Positions 1 to 9,970 are shown, numbered from the stretch's first letter. The stretch: 64,000 nt of DNA from Candidatus Aminicenantes bacterium (GCA_963702005.1 OY969696.1:2112001-2176000); one strand, 5' to 3'. A program made the numbers and translations. The notes: a model not told the origin generated them from the sequence alone.

Positions 1-153
1 GCGGATTTCAGCGAAACGGCGATCAAGGCGCTGGCAGCGGAGGCCGGGGTGTCTGCCGGCATCGTGATCGGACGCCTTCAGCACAAGGGACTTTTGCCTC
101 AAAACTCGGTATTGAACCGGCTTCGGGAAAGGTACGCCTGGGAGCGCCAATAA
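1..153 (+). CDS. 3' end (partial) of HigA-type HTH/ImmA-IrrE family antitoxin
   Basis: Frame 1 reads ADFSETAIKALAAEAGVSAGIVIGRLQHKGLLPQNSVLNRLRERYAWERQ*; GIVxGRLQH tail is typical of HigA-ImmA/IrrE fusion proteins. Confidence 0.7.
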   Translation, partial: ADFSETAIKALAAEAGVSAGIVIGRLQHKGLLPQNSVLNRLRERYAWERQ

Positions 154-191
154 CAGCACTTTTTCTTAAGGTGGTCTGAACTAAGCCCGCC

Positions 192-220
192 TTGACAGGT
201 GCTGTCAGGCGAGGTCTAAT
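192..220 (+). promoter_or_regulatory. sigma70-like promoter with overlapping TGACAG-N3-CTGTCA palindrome
   Basis: TTGACA-17 bp-TCTAAT upstream of AAGGAGG RBS and ATG 248. Confidence 0.55.
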
Positions 221-247
221 ATTTTCATCCAAATCAAGGAGGGGCGA

Positions 248-709
248 ATGAAGGGCATTGCTATTGCAGTCAGCGTGGCAGTCTTGGTCCTCGCCGTCGC
301 CGTCCAGGCGCAAACCTCGGCCCAGACAAAGAGCGGGGGCGTGGAACAGGAGCTGATCAAGTTGGAGAACGAGTGGGCTGACGCCTGGGTTAAAAGCGAC
401 GTCGCATTCTTTGAGCGGATTGAAGCAGATGACTTTACGTGGACTTCCCCCTGGGGCTGGGTCGCTACCAAGGCCGACGACCTTGCACTCGTAAAGTCTG
501 GGGAGGACGTGATTACGTCCTGGGTGCTCGCTGAAATGAAGGTTCGCGTTTACGGAGACGCGGCGGTAGTCACTGGCCGCGACGCAATCAAAGAAACGTA
601 TAAAAGCAAGGATGTCAGTGGCCAGCATCGATGGACGCATACCTGGGTCAAGCGTGCCGGCCGTTGGCAGTGCGTTGCCGGGCATAGTTCGGAGATAGCT
701 CAGAAATAG
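248..709 (+). CDS. secreted NTF2-like / DUF4440 family protein
   Basis: Signal peptide; VRVYGDAAVVTG and WVKRAGRWQCV motifs; strong RBS. Confidence 0.88.
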   Translation: MKGIAIAVSVAVLVLAVAVQAQTSAQTKSGGVEQELIKLENEWADAWVKSDVAFFERIEADDFTWTSPWGWVATKADDLALVKSGEDVITSWVLAEMKVRVYGDAAVVTGRDAIKETYKSKDVSGQHRWTHTWVKRAGRWQCVAGHSSEIAQK

Positions 710-886
710 GGCATATGGCACGAGCCAGAGACGGATGTTCAGGCTGTAAAGAACGGATCGCCCTAAAAACGCGGGGAATTTCAGGGCTGGGGGAGTTAAG
801 CTATGCGTTACAACGATCTGTAACTTGCCTATAATAAAGCGTGCCTTTATTATACGGAAAATCGTGTATTTAAAGAAAGGCATTTT

Positions 887-1462
887 CTCATAAAGGTCGG
901 TCTGGCCCACGCTCAATTCGAAACGATCCATCCGTTTCTTGACGGGAACGGAAGAGTCGGGCACCTGTTGATCACCTTCCTTTTATGCGAACGTAGGGTT
1001 CTATTCAAGCCCGTGCTTTATCTTTCCTATTATTTCAAACGCCACAGACAGGCCTACTATGATCTCCTTCAATCGGTGCGCGATACGGGTAACTGGGAAG
1101 CTTGGCTCGCTTTCTTTCTGCGCGGCATCGCTGAGGTCAGCGCCGAAGCCTCGGAAGCGGCCCGGCGCATCCTCGAAATGCGCGAAGCGCATCGCTCCGA
1201 GATTACGAATCAATTGGGCCGAGCTGCGGGAAACGGACATCGGGTTCTGGAATATTTGTTCGAGCACCCGATCGTGTCCGTGAAGCAAGTCCGAAAGATT
1301 ACGGGCACGAGCAACCCCGCGGCGAACATGCTGGTCCGAAAGTTCGTCGACTGGGGCATTCTGAAGGAGATCACCGGCCAGAAAAGGCACCGGCGATTCC
1401 GATATGAGGCTTATGTCCGCATCTTCGGTGAGTCCGAGCCCGTTCCCCGCGACCCGAATTGA
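887..1462 (+). pseudogene. 5'-truncated Fic family protein with C-terminal wHTH
   Basis: In frame upstream of TTG 968: LIKVGLAHAQFETIHPFLDGNGRVGHLLI (Fic motif, last Arg replaced by His); in-frame stop at 821-823, N-terminal half absent. Confidence 0.8.
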
Positions 1463-1495
1463 TTGTACTGCCCGGTATCAGGCGCCAAGGAAGGC

Positions 1496-2851
1496 TTATG
1501 ATCTCTTGATGACGACGAGCGTTTGATCGTCGAACCGGGGCGCCGCGCCGATGAAGCGTTTCGTATCGGCGGCGATGGCGGCCAGGATCTCGGCGGCCCG
1601 CAGCCCCGCGCATGAGCGCAGGAGCGAGATCAGGCGGTCCAGGGTGTATTCGGCGTTATCGGCATTCCGGCTGTCCGGGATGCCGTCCGAGTAGAGGAGA
1701 AGGACGTCGCCCTCCTCCAAGCGGACCGATTTCGCCTCGTACCCGGCGCCCGGGAACATCCCCAGACAGAAGCCCGTGCTCCCGAGCGTCTCCAGGGACC
1801 CGTCGACCTTCAGGACGAGGGGAGGGACATGGCCGGCGTTGATGTAGCGGACCTCGTCGCGGCGCCGGTCGACCTCGCAATAGAAGAAGGTGATGAAGCT
1901 CGAGACGGCCGAGCTTTGCTGGACGAAATCGTTGAGCTTGGCGGCCATGTCCTCGATCCGGTAGCCGGGATGGATTTCGGCCCGGAAGGCCGCCCGCAGG
2001 GAGGCCATCAGGAGGGCGGCGCCGATGCCCTTGCCGGAGACGTCGCCGACGGCGATCCCGAGGCGATCGGGATCGACCGGGACGAAGTCGTAATAATCTC
2101 CGCCGACTTCGTAGCAGGAGACGTTCAGCCCGCTGATGTCGAAATGCTCCATTCGCGGATCCTGGCGGGGAAGCAGATCCCGCTGGATCTTGGCCGCGAG
2201 GTCCAGGTCTTTCTCGATCCGCCGCAGGAGGCTCTCGGATCGTTCCTTTTCGGCCTGGAGGAGCCGGAAGGTCCGGTCCCGCTGGCCGATGAAATAATAG
2301 ATCGACATGACCGTGAAGATGGCCACCAGGATGAAAATGAGCCAGAAGATCAGGGTGAAGGCGAGGGGGCGGGCCGTGTCGGACCGGAACACCGTCAGCT
2401 CCATGACCACGGCGGCGCAGAGCAGGACGAGGTAGGCGGCGAAGACGAAAAAGGCCCGCCTCCGGTTGGGAAAGACCATGGCATACAGGACGCCGATCAG
2501 GCCCATGAAGATGAAGCCGTCGGACCGGATGAGTCCGCCCAGCCAGCAGGTGAAAACGAACGAGCTGAAGACGAGATAGCTCTGACTGCTCAGGCCGAAA
2601 TCCTCGATATGTCCGCGGACGACGGCGAAGAGAATCAGGGATCCGCACCAGTATCCCGCGGAGACGAACCAGAACGCGGCAGGCAGGGCGTGGCCCATCG
2701 ACAGGTAGCCGACCCCCAGCCCGGCGGAGAGCGGCGCGCCCAGGAGCAGGGTGATCGTCCAAATCCGCTTGAGCAGCCGGACTTGATCGGAATCGGACGG
2801 GTCGGATCCGATGTTTCCGATAAAATCCGCGATCTTCCGCAGGAGACTCAC
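1496..2851 (-). CDS. membrane-bound PP2C/SpoIIE (RsbU-like) Ser/Thr phosphatase
   Basis: Several TM helices then VGGDYYDF, GDVSGKG, LYSDGI, DDQT motifs. Confidence 0.92.
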   Translation of the reverse strand: MSLLRKIADFIGNIGSDPSDSDQVRLLKRIWTITLLLGAPLSAGLGVGYLSMGHALPAAFWFVSAGYWCGSLILFAVVRGHIEDFGLSSQSYLVFSSFVFTCWLGGLIRSDGFIFMGLIGVLYAMVFPNRRRAFFVFAAYLVLLCAAVVMELTVFRSDTARPLAFTLIFWLIFILVAIFTVMSIYYFIGQRDRTFRLLQAEKERSESLLRRIEKDLDLAAKIQRDLLPRQDPRMEHFDISGLNVSCYEVGGDYYDFVPVDPDRLGIAVGDVSGKGIGAALLMASLRAAFRAEIHPGYRIEDMAAKLNDFVQQSSAVSSFITFFYCEVDRRRDEVRYINAGHVPPLVLKVDGSLETLGSTGFCLGMFPGAGYEAKSVRLEEGDVLLLYSDGIPDSRNADNAEYTLDRLISLLRSCAGLRAAEILAAIAADTKRFIGAAPRFDDQTLVVIKRS

Positions 2852-2968
2852 CCGGGAAGCCGCCTTCCGGGGAATCTCGTGCCCCTCCGCGTCATGCCGG
2901 TACTATAGCGGCCTTCGCGAGGCGCTGTCAACAAGGGGGGCGCCGGGGCGATTTTAGCGGCGCCGGCG

Positions 2969-4621
2969 CTATTTCACCGCTTCCACGGGAATCGGCAGCG
3001 GCTTGCGGGGCAGCATCTCGTCCCGCATCGCCGTGAAATAGACGAAGCTGGCCATGACGACCGCCGACTGGACCAGGTCTTCGGGGACGCAGTGGTCGTA
3101 GACGTCCTGGTTCGTGTGGTGGATCGTCGGGAAGTAGTCGAGGGGATCCTGGATGAACTGGAAGGCCGGGATCCCGATGTAGTCGAAGGGCAGGTGGTCG
3201 GTCCCCTCGGTCGGCTGAAGGGCGATCGTCGTGACGCCCAGGTCGCGGAGCGGCTTCATCCACTCCTCGAAGATCGGCCGGACCTGGAAATTCTCCTGGA
3301 TGTAGATGCCCCGGACGCGGCCCGACCCGTTGTCATAGTTGAAATAGCCCGAGATCTTGTTGTAGTCGGGCTTGGCGATGATCTTCTTGGAATCGCCCAG
3401 CGGGCTCCGCCAGTTCTTTTCGTAGACATCCCAGTCGGGTTTGCTGAGGGTTTGCTTGTCGGTGTCGCCGAAATGGGTGAAGACGTAGCCGCGCGACCCG
3501 TAGTAGCCTTCCTCTTCGCCCGTCCAGAGGGCGGCGCGGATCGTGCGCTTGGGCTTGACTCCCAGCGCCTTGAGGATCCGCAGGGCCTCCATGGACACGG
3601 CGCAGCCGGCCGCGTTGTCCACGGCCCCCGTCCCCGCCGTCCAGCAGTCGAGGTGGCCGCCGAGCATCACCAGCTCGCCCTTCTTGTCCCAGCCCGGGAT
3701 CTCGGCGACGACGTTGTAGCCCGTCTTGTCCTGGTCATAGATCGTATTCCTAACCTCGGCTTCGAGCGTCACCGGGACCTTGAGGTCCAGGATGCGGCAG
3801 ATGCGGGCGTAGCTTTCGGCCGGCAGGACGATCCGCGGACTCTGGCCGGGAGTCGTGTGGTCCTTGCCGTTCCCCGAATAGGCGTCGACATGCACCGTCC
3901 CGAAATCGCTCCGGTTCGCGGGGCTCGAGTTGATGAGGAGCGCGACCCCTTCGTTTTTATAGAATTCCACGAGCTCTTCCCATTTGAGCGCGGGCTTCGC
4001 TTCTCCCGCCTCTTCCTTCGGCTGGAGAGGGATCGGAGTCTCCATGAGCTTCTTGAGGTCCTCGTCGGTGTAGCGGCGGGCAGGGGGCTTAAACGAGGGA
4101 TGGACCTGGCGGGGAGGATCGCAGAGGACGATCGCGCCTTTGAGCTTTCCCGTCCATTTTTCGAGGTCGGCCTTGGTCCGGATGACGGCCAGAAGCGGGT
4201 GGCCCGTGATCTTTCCCTGGGTTCCCAGGGTCCAGGGCTTGGCGTAGGCGAGGAGGGCGGCGTAGGTCGGCTCGAGCATGTGGACCGAGATGTAGTCGTT
4301 GGACCAGCCCAGGCCGAACTCGCCGCAGGGCTCGATGGCCGCGTTCGCCATCCCCCATTCGGTGAACTTAGCCTTGGCCCACTCCTCCGCCTTTTTCAGG
4401 GCCGGACTGCCGGGGATGCGGGGGCCGATGACGTCGGTCAGGTAGGAGAGCGTCTCCATGATCTTGGAGCGGTTGACCGCCTCATCCCAGATCCGGTTGA
4501 CTATGGCCGTGTCCACCTTCTCCTGGGCGAAGGCGGGCGGGATGAGGAATGTTGAAAGCAGGAACAGCGCAGAGATCATAGACAGCGCCAGGACGGCCGC
4601 GAACAGACGATTTCTTTTCAT
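2969..4621 (-). CDS. secreted M28-family metallopeptidase (carboxypeptidase Q-like)
   Basis: Signal peptide; GGHLDCW, GAVDNAAG, TGEEEG, TDHLPF, HHTNQD zinc-ligand motifs; start chosen at MKRNR with GGAG RBS. Confidence 0.9.
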   Translation of the reverse strand: MKRNRLFAAVLALSMISALFLLSTFLIPPAFAQEKVDTAIVNRIWDEAVNRSKIMETLSYLTDVIGPRIPGSPALKKAEEWAKAKFTEWGMANAAIEPCGEFGLGWSNDYISVHMLEPTYAALLAYAKPWTLGTQGKITGHPLLAVIRTKADLEKWTGKLKGAIVLCDPPRQVHPSFKPPARRYTDEDLKKLMETPIPLQPKEEAGEAKPALKWEELVEFYKNEGVALLINSSPANRSDFGTVHVDAYSGNGKDHTTPGQSPRIVLPAESYARICRILDLKVPVTLEAEVRNTIYDQDKTGYNVVAEIPGWDKKGELVMLGGHLDCWTAGTGAVDNAAGCAVSMEALRILKALGVKPKRTIRAALWTGEEEGYYGSRGYVFTHFGDTDKQTLSKPDWDVYEKNWRSPLGDSKKIIAKPDYNKISGYFNYDNGSGRVRGIYIQENFQVRPIFEEWMKPLRDLGVTTIALQPTEGTDHLPFDYIGIPAFQFIQDPLDYFPTIHHTNQDVYDHCVPEDLVQSAVVMASFVYFTAMRDEMLPRKPLPIPVEAVK

Positions 4622-4750
4622 CGGTGATTCTCCTTGCATCTAATAGTTAGAGTACGGCTTCCCCTCATTTGTTACAGATATTTTTCGCCGATATCCAATC
4701 ATTACGATACAGTGGAATGAGCATAGACCAGGCGGCGAGGAAGGTCAACG

Positions 4751-4838
4751 GAATTCTAGGGACACGTAACTTAATTCCGTCCCCAAACGGGACCGGCGCG
4801 GAGCTTCGGGAGAATTAAGTAACATGTCCCCAGAATTC
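4751..4838. repeat. REP-like inverted repeat pair, family A (GAATTC-GGGGACAC...TTAATT)
   Basis: GAATTCTAGGGACACGTAACTTAATT (4751-4776) and AATTAAGTAACATGTCCCCAGAATTC (4813-4838); related copies at 15859-16007, 20817-20842, 38129-38182. Confidence 0.8.
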
Positions 4839-4904
4839 CAGTGTCAAGGAAGGGGAGTGCGCTGCTGGGGGAGAGCAAACAGGGACCCAAGTAGGGACGA
4901 ATAA

Positions 4905-4984
4905 ATTCACCTTTGGGGTGAATAATGTGCTTGACAAACAAGCGATATGAAGCTATCTTATTGGTATTCACCCCAGGGATGAAT
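4905..4984 (+). promoter_or_regulatory. higBA promoter flanked by two palindromic operators
   Basis: TTGACA(4931)-17-TATCTT(4954); ATTCACC-N5-GGTGAAT (4905-4923) and ATTCACC-N5-GATGAAT (4966-4984). Confidence 0.75.
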
Positions 4985-5012
4985 GAATGCTCGAGCATCT
5001 ATCGGGGAGCCG

Positions 5013-5315
5013 GTGGAAGTCATATTCCGGACGAAGAAGCTGAAAAAGTGCTATGAAAGCTATTCGCAAGGTTGTCGCGTGTGGGGGGCGGATGTCGCAA
5101 GAAAATATATTCTCAGGATCGATCTCCTTCAAGAAGCTTCGGATTTAGCGGAGGTCCGAATGCTCCCCGGATTGAACTGTCATCCGTTGAAGGGCAGCAG
5201 GGAAGGGCAATATGGAATTATTCTTCATGATCGCTGGCGACTGGTCTTTTCTCTGAAAGGGGAGACGGCCGAATCGGTCTTCGTGGAAGAGGTGAGTAAA
5301 CATTATGGCGACTGA
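5013..5315 (+). CDS. higB: HigB-like (RelE/ParE superfamily, plasmid-killer type) toxin
   Basis: [26 protein letters not shown] and terminal EEVSKHYGD; GTG start with GGGGAG RBS; overlaps downstream antitoxin. Confidence 0.85.
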   Translation: MEVIFRTKKLKKCYESYSQGCRVWGADVARKYILRIDLLQEASDLAEVRMLPGLNCHPLKGSREGQYGIILHDRWRLVFSLKGETAESVFVEEVSKHYGD

Positions 5316-6792
5316 AAAACGCATCTATTCCAATCTGCCTATTCCGCCAGGGGAATACCTTGCCGAGGTTCTTGCGGCCAAAGGCATGACCCAAGCGGAA
5401 TTGGCCAGGCGTATCGGCCGACCCACCCAAGCGGTTAATGAAATCGTCAAAGGCGTAAAATCCATCACGCACACCACCGCTCTTGAGCTAGAACGCGCCC
5501 TCGGGGTGCCCGCCCATATCTGGACCGGCCTGGAGGATCGTTACCAGCTCATTAGAGCCAGAGAAAAGGAAAAGGCGAGACTCAAGAGCGAGCTGCCCTA
5601 TCTCAAGAGTATCCCCTATAAAAAGCTGGCCGAACTAGGCTGCGTAGCTAAGGAACGAGATAACGAACACAAGATCGGGGAACTTCATCGGTTTTATGGA
5701 GTATCCTCTCTTGATAACCTTGCCCGGATCAAAGCTTATGACGCTCCGTTCAGATACGGCGGGGCGCGAGAGCCGTCCAACTATGCGCTGGCGGCGTGGA
5801 TTCGATGCGCGGAGCTGAAAGCGGCCGAAACTCCCGCCGCTGCCTTCAATAAGGCAAAGCTAAGGAAAGCTTTAAACGATATTCGCACTTTGGCCGGGAA
5901 GGACCCGTCCGAATTCATGCCCGAAATCGAACGGATTCTCGCCGGATGCGGGGTTGTCCTTATCCTGCAACCCCATTTCCCCAAAACATATGCTCACGGG
6001 GCGACGTTTTGGGCGAAACCCGACAAGGCCGTTCTCGTAATGAGCATCCGGGGAAAAGGGGCGGACATATTCTGGTTCAGCTTGTTCCACGAGCTGGGGC
6101 ATATCCTCCTTCACAAGAAAAGAAGCTTTATTGATGACCGCAGAATCTCCGCGGAAACGGCCGACGAGGAAAAGGCGGCGGATACTTTCGCGGCGAAGAT
6201 GTTAAAAAGACAAGGTGAAAGCCATACAAAAAATATCCTTTCGGCTGCCCGAGTTCATAAGGAGGCTCAATTGCGCGCGAAGATCGAGCTTGTCCAGGGC
6301 GATATCACAAAGCTGGCTGTCGACGCCATCGTCAATGCCGCCAACAACTCCCTGCTCGGCGGCGGAGGCGTGGACGGCGCCATCCACCGGGCGGCCGGAC
6401 CGGGTTTGCTCGAAGAGTGCCGCCGGCTCCAAGGCTGCGAAACGGGGGAGGCCAAGATCACGAAGGGCTACGACCTTCCCGCGCGCTACGTCATTCACAC
6501 GGTCGGCCCGGTCTGGAGGGGCGGAGGGAAAGGGGAGGAGGCGCTGCTCCGGGCCGCCTACGAAAATTCCTTGCGCCTGGCCGCGGAGCGCGGCCTGAAG
6601 TCGATCGCCTTTCCCAACATCAGCACCGGGGTCTACGGTTTCCCCAAGGACAGGGCCGCCGCGATCGCCGTCGAGGCGACGTCCGCGTTCCTGCGCGAAT
6701 ATCCGGAAGTCGAGAAGGTCGTCTTCGTGTGTTTCGACCGGGAGAATTTCGAGATCTATCAGAGGCTCCTGGTCGGCATTGAATCCCCTTAA
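5305..6792 (+). CDS. HigA-type HTH + ImmA/IrrE-like (HExxH) domain fused to macrodomain (O-acetyl-ADP-ribose deacetylase-like)
   Basis: PPGEYL...[12 protein letters not shown]; [10 protein letters not shown]; then [50 protein letters not shown]. Confidence 0.88.
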   Translation: MATEKRIYSNLPIPPGEYLAEVLAAKGMTQAELARRIGRPTQAVNEIVKGVKSITHTTALELERALGVPAHIWTGLEDRYQLIRAREKEKARLKSELPYLKSIPYKKLAELGCVAKERDNEHKIGELHRFYGVSSLDNLARIKAYDAPFRYGGAREPSNYALAAWIRCAELKAAETPAAAFNKAKLRKALNDIRTLAGKDPSEFMPEIERILAGCGVVLILQPHFPKTYAHGATFWAKPDKAVLVMSIRGKGADIFWFSLFHELGHILLHKKRSFIDDRRISAETADEEKAADTFAAKMLKRQGESHTKNILSAARVHKEAQLRAKIELVQGDITKLAVDAIVNAANNSLLGGGGVDGAIHRAAGPGLLEECRRLQGCETGEAKITKGYDLPARYVIHTVGPVWRGGGKGEEALLRAAYENSLRLAAERGLKSIAFPNISTGVYGFPKDRAAAIAVEATSAFLREYPEVEKVVFVCFDRENFEIYQRLLVGIESP

Positions 6793-6822
6793 TCGACCTA
6801 TATTCTCAGCTGCCGCGCTAAA

Positions 6823-6921
6823 TTATTTCCTGCCGAGCCGGACGCTGATCAGACGGTTGAGGCTGACTCCTTCTTCGGCGGCTTTCATAGCTAGTTCTCT
6901 ATGGATTTCGGGAGGGATCAT
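6823..6921 (-). pseudogene. C-terminal RHH fragment of HicB antitoxin (32 aa)
   Basis: Translates MIPPEIHRELAMKAAEEGVSLNRLISVRLGRK*; TTGACA on minus strand at 6947-6942 immediately upstream. Confidence 0.72.
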
Positions 6922-7122
6922 GATATCAATAATGATACTATTGTCAAGACCGCTTCTTAATCTTCTCTAATTAAAGGGACGTCTCGGAATGTCTGTCGAG
7001 CTCGTAATCCCGGCTGCAAAGAAGAATTCCCCGCGGCCCGTTCGTCCTCCGGAAAATTGACATAGGCCGTCTTCGTTGATATATATTTCTTAAATAGTCG
7101 TTGCGCGAAGGAGGCGGCGAGA

Positions 7123-8685
7123 ATGAAGGTCAAAGCGATCTTAGTGCTGGCTTTTTCGCTTATTATCTTTTCCCGGTCGTGGGCCCAGCCTTGGGCCCGG
7201 ACATATTCACTGCGGATCGAGGAACCGGCCGCCATCTGCGCGACGGCCGACGGCAAATATGTCTACGCCGCTTCTGTGAGCAAGGCTCTACAAGGGACCC
7301 AGGTGCTTGTCTTCGAGGCCAACGCGTCCGGCCTCGGCGTTTGGGGCAGCACGTTCGACGCCTCCCTGTCCTCGAAGGCCGTCGGCTGCGCTCCGCTCAA
7401 GAACGGCGGCATCCTGGTCTGGGGAGAACGGACGCCCTCGTACGATCGAAGCTATGCCAACAGCACGGACGCCGTACTGTTGGTTCTTTCCAAGACCGGG
7501 AAGATCGCCTCCCAGTGGCAGTACGGGGCGAGCGCTTGGAATACAGAATACACGTTCGGCCAGGTCCATGAGCTCGTCGGCGGCGGGTTTATCGCCTGCG
7601 GGGAGATCTCCCATCTCAACAAGTCGACCACTTGGTATTGCGACCTCAGAAAAGGATGGATCGTCAAGCTCGACGCCGCGGGCAAGATCGTCTTTCAGAA
7701 AGCGATCGAGCTTACGGCCTCCGACGCCTACAAGTACGTTTCGATGACCGATATCGGTCCGACGGCCGACGGCGGGTATCTCGCCGTCGGCTGGTGCTAT
7801 TCGACGCCGGAATGGTCGGCCGCCAACGTCGGCATCCTCCTCGTCAAATTGAGCTCCACCGGAAATATCGTCTGGACGAAGGCCTACGATGGCGGGAAAT
7901 ATACTAACGGGAATACGTTTCTGATCGAATCCCGGAGGCTGTTCGCCGCCAGCGACGGGGGCTGCCTGCTCGTCGGCTCGGACTGGGTCGATTCCTATCC
8001 GTGGTGCGCCAAGCTCGACAAGGACGGCGTCGTGGCCTGGGCGCGCGATTTCGTCGCCAAGAGCGGCGATGACGACATCGAGTTGCGAGACGCCTGTTCG
8101 ACCAAGGACGGGGGCTGCCTGCTGGGCGGCGCCGTCTATCCCTGGTCGGGCGACCGGCTGGGCTGGTTTATCAAGCTCAGCGCAAAGGGCGGCCTCAAAG
8201 TGAACCGGACCTACGAGCTGGGCGGCCGCTACTATAACCATTTTCTGGGGATGACCGAACGCCCGGCGGGCGGCTTCGCGCTAATCGGGCGATCTTACGA
8301 TGATTACGGCAGCCGGGAGTTATGGGCGATGACAGCCCAGACGAATGGACTGACCTGCTCTCCCGTGAAGCCCAGCTCGTTCAAGTCGGTCATGCAGACG
8401 TTCAAGCTCTATGCGAAAACCGGCGCTTTCGAGTTCGGGGCCGGTGGGGCGGTTTTCGGCAAGGGAGTTTTTAAGGCCGCGTCCGTTACGGCCACGGAGC
8501 ACGATTGGTGTGCTTCATCTTCTGGCCCGCGGGCCGAGAGCCTCGCCCCCCTCCGCTGGCTGGACGGGCGCCGTTTTTTGGAGCGGCCCGGGCGGTCGAA
8601 AGACGGGCGGACGATCGGTCCCGATGGAGGGATGTCCCTGGACTCGCTAAGGACGCTGGTGAGGCTCCGGTCTTCGGAGGAATAG
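7123..8685 (+). CDS. secreted beta-propeller-like repeat protein
   Basis: Signal peptide; repeated TADGGYLAVG / VKLDxxGxIxW units; AAGGAGG RBS. Confidence 0.75.
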   Translation: MKVKAILVLAFSLIIFSRSWAQPWARTYSLRIEEPAAICATADGKYVYAASVSKALQGTQVLVFEANASGLGVWGSTFDASLSSKAVGCAPLKNGGILVWGERTPSYDRSYANSTDAVLLVLSKTGKIASQWQYGASAWNTEYTFGQVHELVGGGFIACGEISHLNKSTTWYCDLRKGWIVKLDAAGKIVFQKAIELTASDAYKYVSMTDIGPTADGGYLAVGWCYSTPEWSAANVGILLVKLSSTGNIVWTKAYDGGKYTNGNTFLIESRRLFAASDGGCLLVGSDWVDSYPWCAKLDKDGVVAWARDFVAKSGDDDIELRDACSTKDGGCLLGGAVYPWSGDRLGWFIKLSAKGGLKVNRTYELGGRYYNHFLGMTERPAGGFALIGRSYDDYGSRELWAMTAQTNGLTCSPVKPSSFKSVMQTFKLYAKTGAFEFGAGGAVFGKGVFKAASVTATEHDWCASSSGPRAESLAPLRWLDGRRFLERPGRSKDGRTIGPDGGMSLDSLRTLVRLRSSEE

Positions 8686-8762
8686 GCGAGAGAGCGGCGA
8701 AAGCCGGTTCTTGAGATCGAGAAAAGGGATAGAATCATGTTGTAATAAAATATAACAAGCTA

Positions 8763-8790
8763 TTGACAAATAATCCAACATCGATATAAT
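8763..8790 (+). promoter_or_regulatory. sigma70 promoter of HTH-Panacea/toxin operon
   Basis: TTGACA-16 bp-TATAAT, followed by GGAGG RBS. Confidence 0.75.
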
Positions 8791-8811
8791 AGCGGCTGGA
8801 GGGCAAATTTC

Positions 8812-9600
8812 ATGTCTCATCTGGGCTTGCGAATAAAGAAATACCGTGAGAGCCGAAACTTGAGCCAGGAAGCGTTGGCCAAGCTCCTGGGAGTATCTCG
8901 GCCGACGATGTCGCTTATCGAAACTGGAGATAGAAAAGTCAGCGCCGAGGAGATCAAAATGCTCAGCGGTCTTTTCGGGGTCTCGGTCGAGGCTATGTTC
9001 GACGAGAAACGGGAACCCCGGCTTGTCGTCAAAGAGACAAGCGCGGAGTACAAGAAAAGCGAACCGGCAATACGGATCGATATTCCGCTGAAAAACCTCG
9101 AGAAATTCAAGGAAGTCCTTCTCTACATCATCGCGAAAGTCGGGGCCAAGCCGAATGTCGGCGAGACCGTGATTTATAAGCTGTTGTATTTCATCGATTT
9201 TGACCATTACGAACGATACGAAGAACAATTGATCGGCGCCACCTACAAGAAAAACAAATATGGGCCGACGCCCCTGGAATTCTGCAAGGTCGTCGAAAAA
9301 ATGATTGAGGCCGGCGAGATCCTGAAAATCCCCGATAAGTACTTCAATTATCCTCAGACGAAATATCTCCCGCTTCGAAATCCGGACCTGTCTCGGCTGA
9401 GCGCTCCGGAGAAAGTCGTCATCGATCATGTCCTTGACCGGCTTTCCGACATGAACGCCGGCCAAATCAGCGAGTATTCCCACAACGATGTCCCCTGGCT
9501 GACCACCGATGAGGGCGAGATCATTCCTTACGAGTCTGTTTTTTATCGTACGCCCGCGTATTCGATGAGGAAGGATGACGCCGAAGACGACGTTCCGTGA
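8812..9600 (+). CDS. XRE-HTH + DUF4065 (Panacea/SocA-like) antitoxin
   Basis: N-terminal SQEALAKLLGVSRPTMSLIETG; KLLYFIDF, YGPTP and YSHNDVPW motifs. Confidence 0.88.
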   Translation: MSHLGLRIKKYRESRNLSQEALAKLLGVSRPTMSLIETGDRKVSAEEIKMLSGLFGVSVEAMFDEKREPRLVVKETSAEYKKSEPAIRIDIPLKNLEKFKEVLLYIIAKVGAKPNVGETVIYKLLYFIDFDHYERYEEQLIGATYKKNKYGPTPLEFCKVVEKMIEAGEILKIPDKYFNYPQTKYLPLRNPDLSRLSAPEKVVIDHVLDRLSDMNAGQISEYSHNDVPWLTTDEGEIIPYESVFYRTPAYSMRKDDAEDDVP

Positions 9601-9970
9601 GGTCGCGCGCCTGCCTGAGTTCGAGCGCGACCTAAAAAGCCTGCTCAAGCGGTTTCGGACGATCGAGGAAGACCTGTCAACTCTCCTAAGGGCGCAAATC
9701 GTCCTTTTTCATAAATTGGGGGTCGATAACAAGGGCGTTTTACGGATCCCAGGCTTGCCTTTCAGTGAACCCGGAATTTATAAGGTCAAGAAATTCGCCT
9801 GCCGGGCGCTTAAGGGGCGCGGGGCTAATTCAGGATTGCGGCTCATATACGCGTACTTTGAGGGGGCGGACAGGATCGAGCTTGTGGAGATTTATTTCAA
9901 AGGCGACCAAGAGCGGGAAGACAAAAGCAGGATATTAAAAAAATATGAGAAAATGAGCGGTCGCGGTTGA
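9575..9970 (+). CDS. RelE/HigB-like putative toxin
   Basis: EFERDLKSLLKRF...IYKVKKFAC...SGLRLIYAY...EIYFKGD; overlaps antitoxin stop. Confidence 0.72.
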   Translation: MTPKTTFREVARLPEFERDLKSLLKRFRTIEEDLSTLLRAQIVLFHKLGVDNKGVLRIPGLPFSEPGIYKVKKFACRALKGRGANSGLRLIYAYFEGADRIELVEIYFKGDQEREDKSRILKKYEKMSGRG

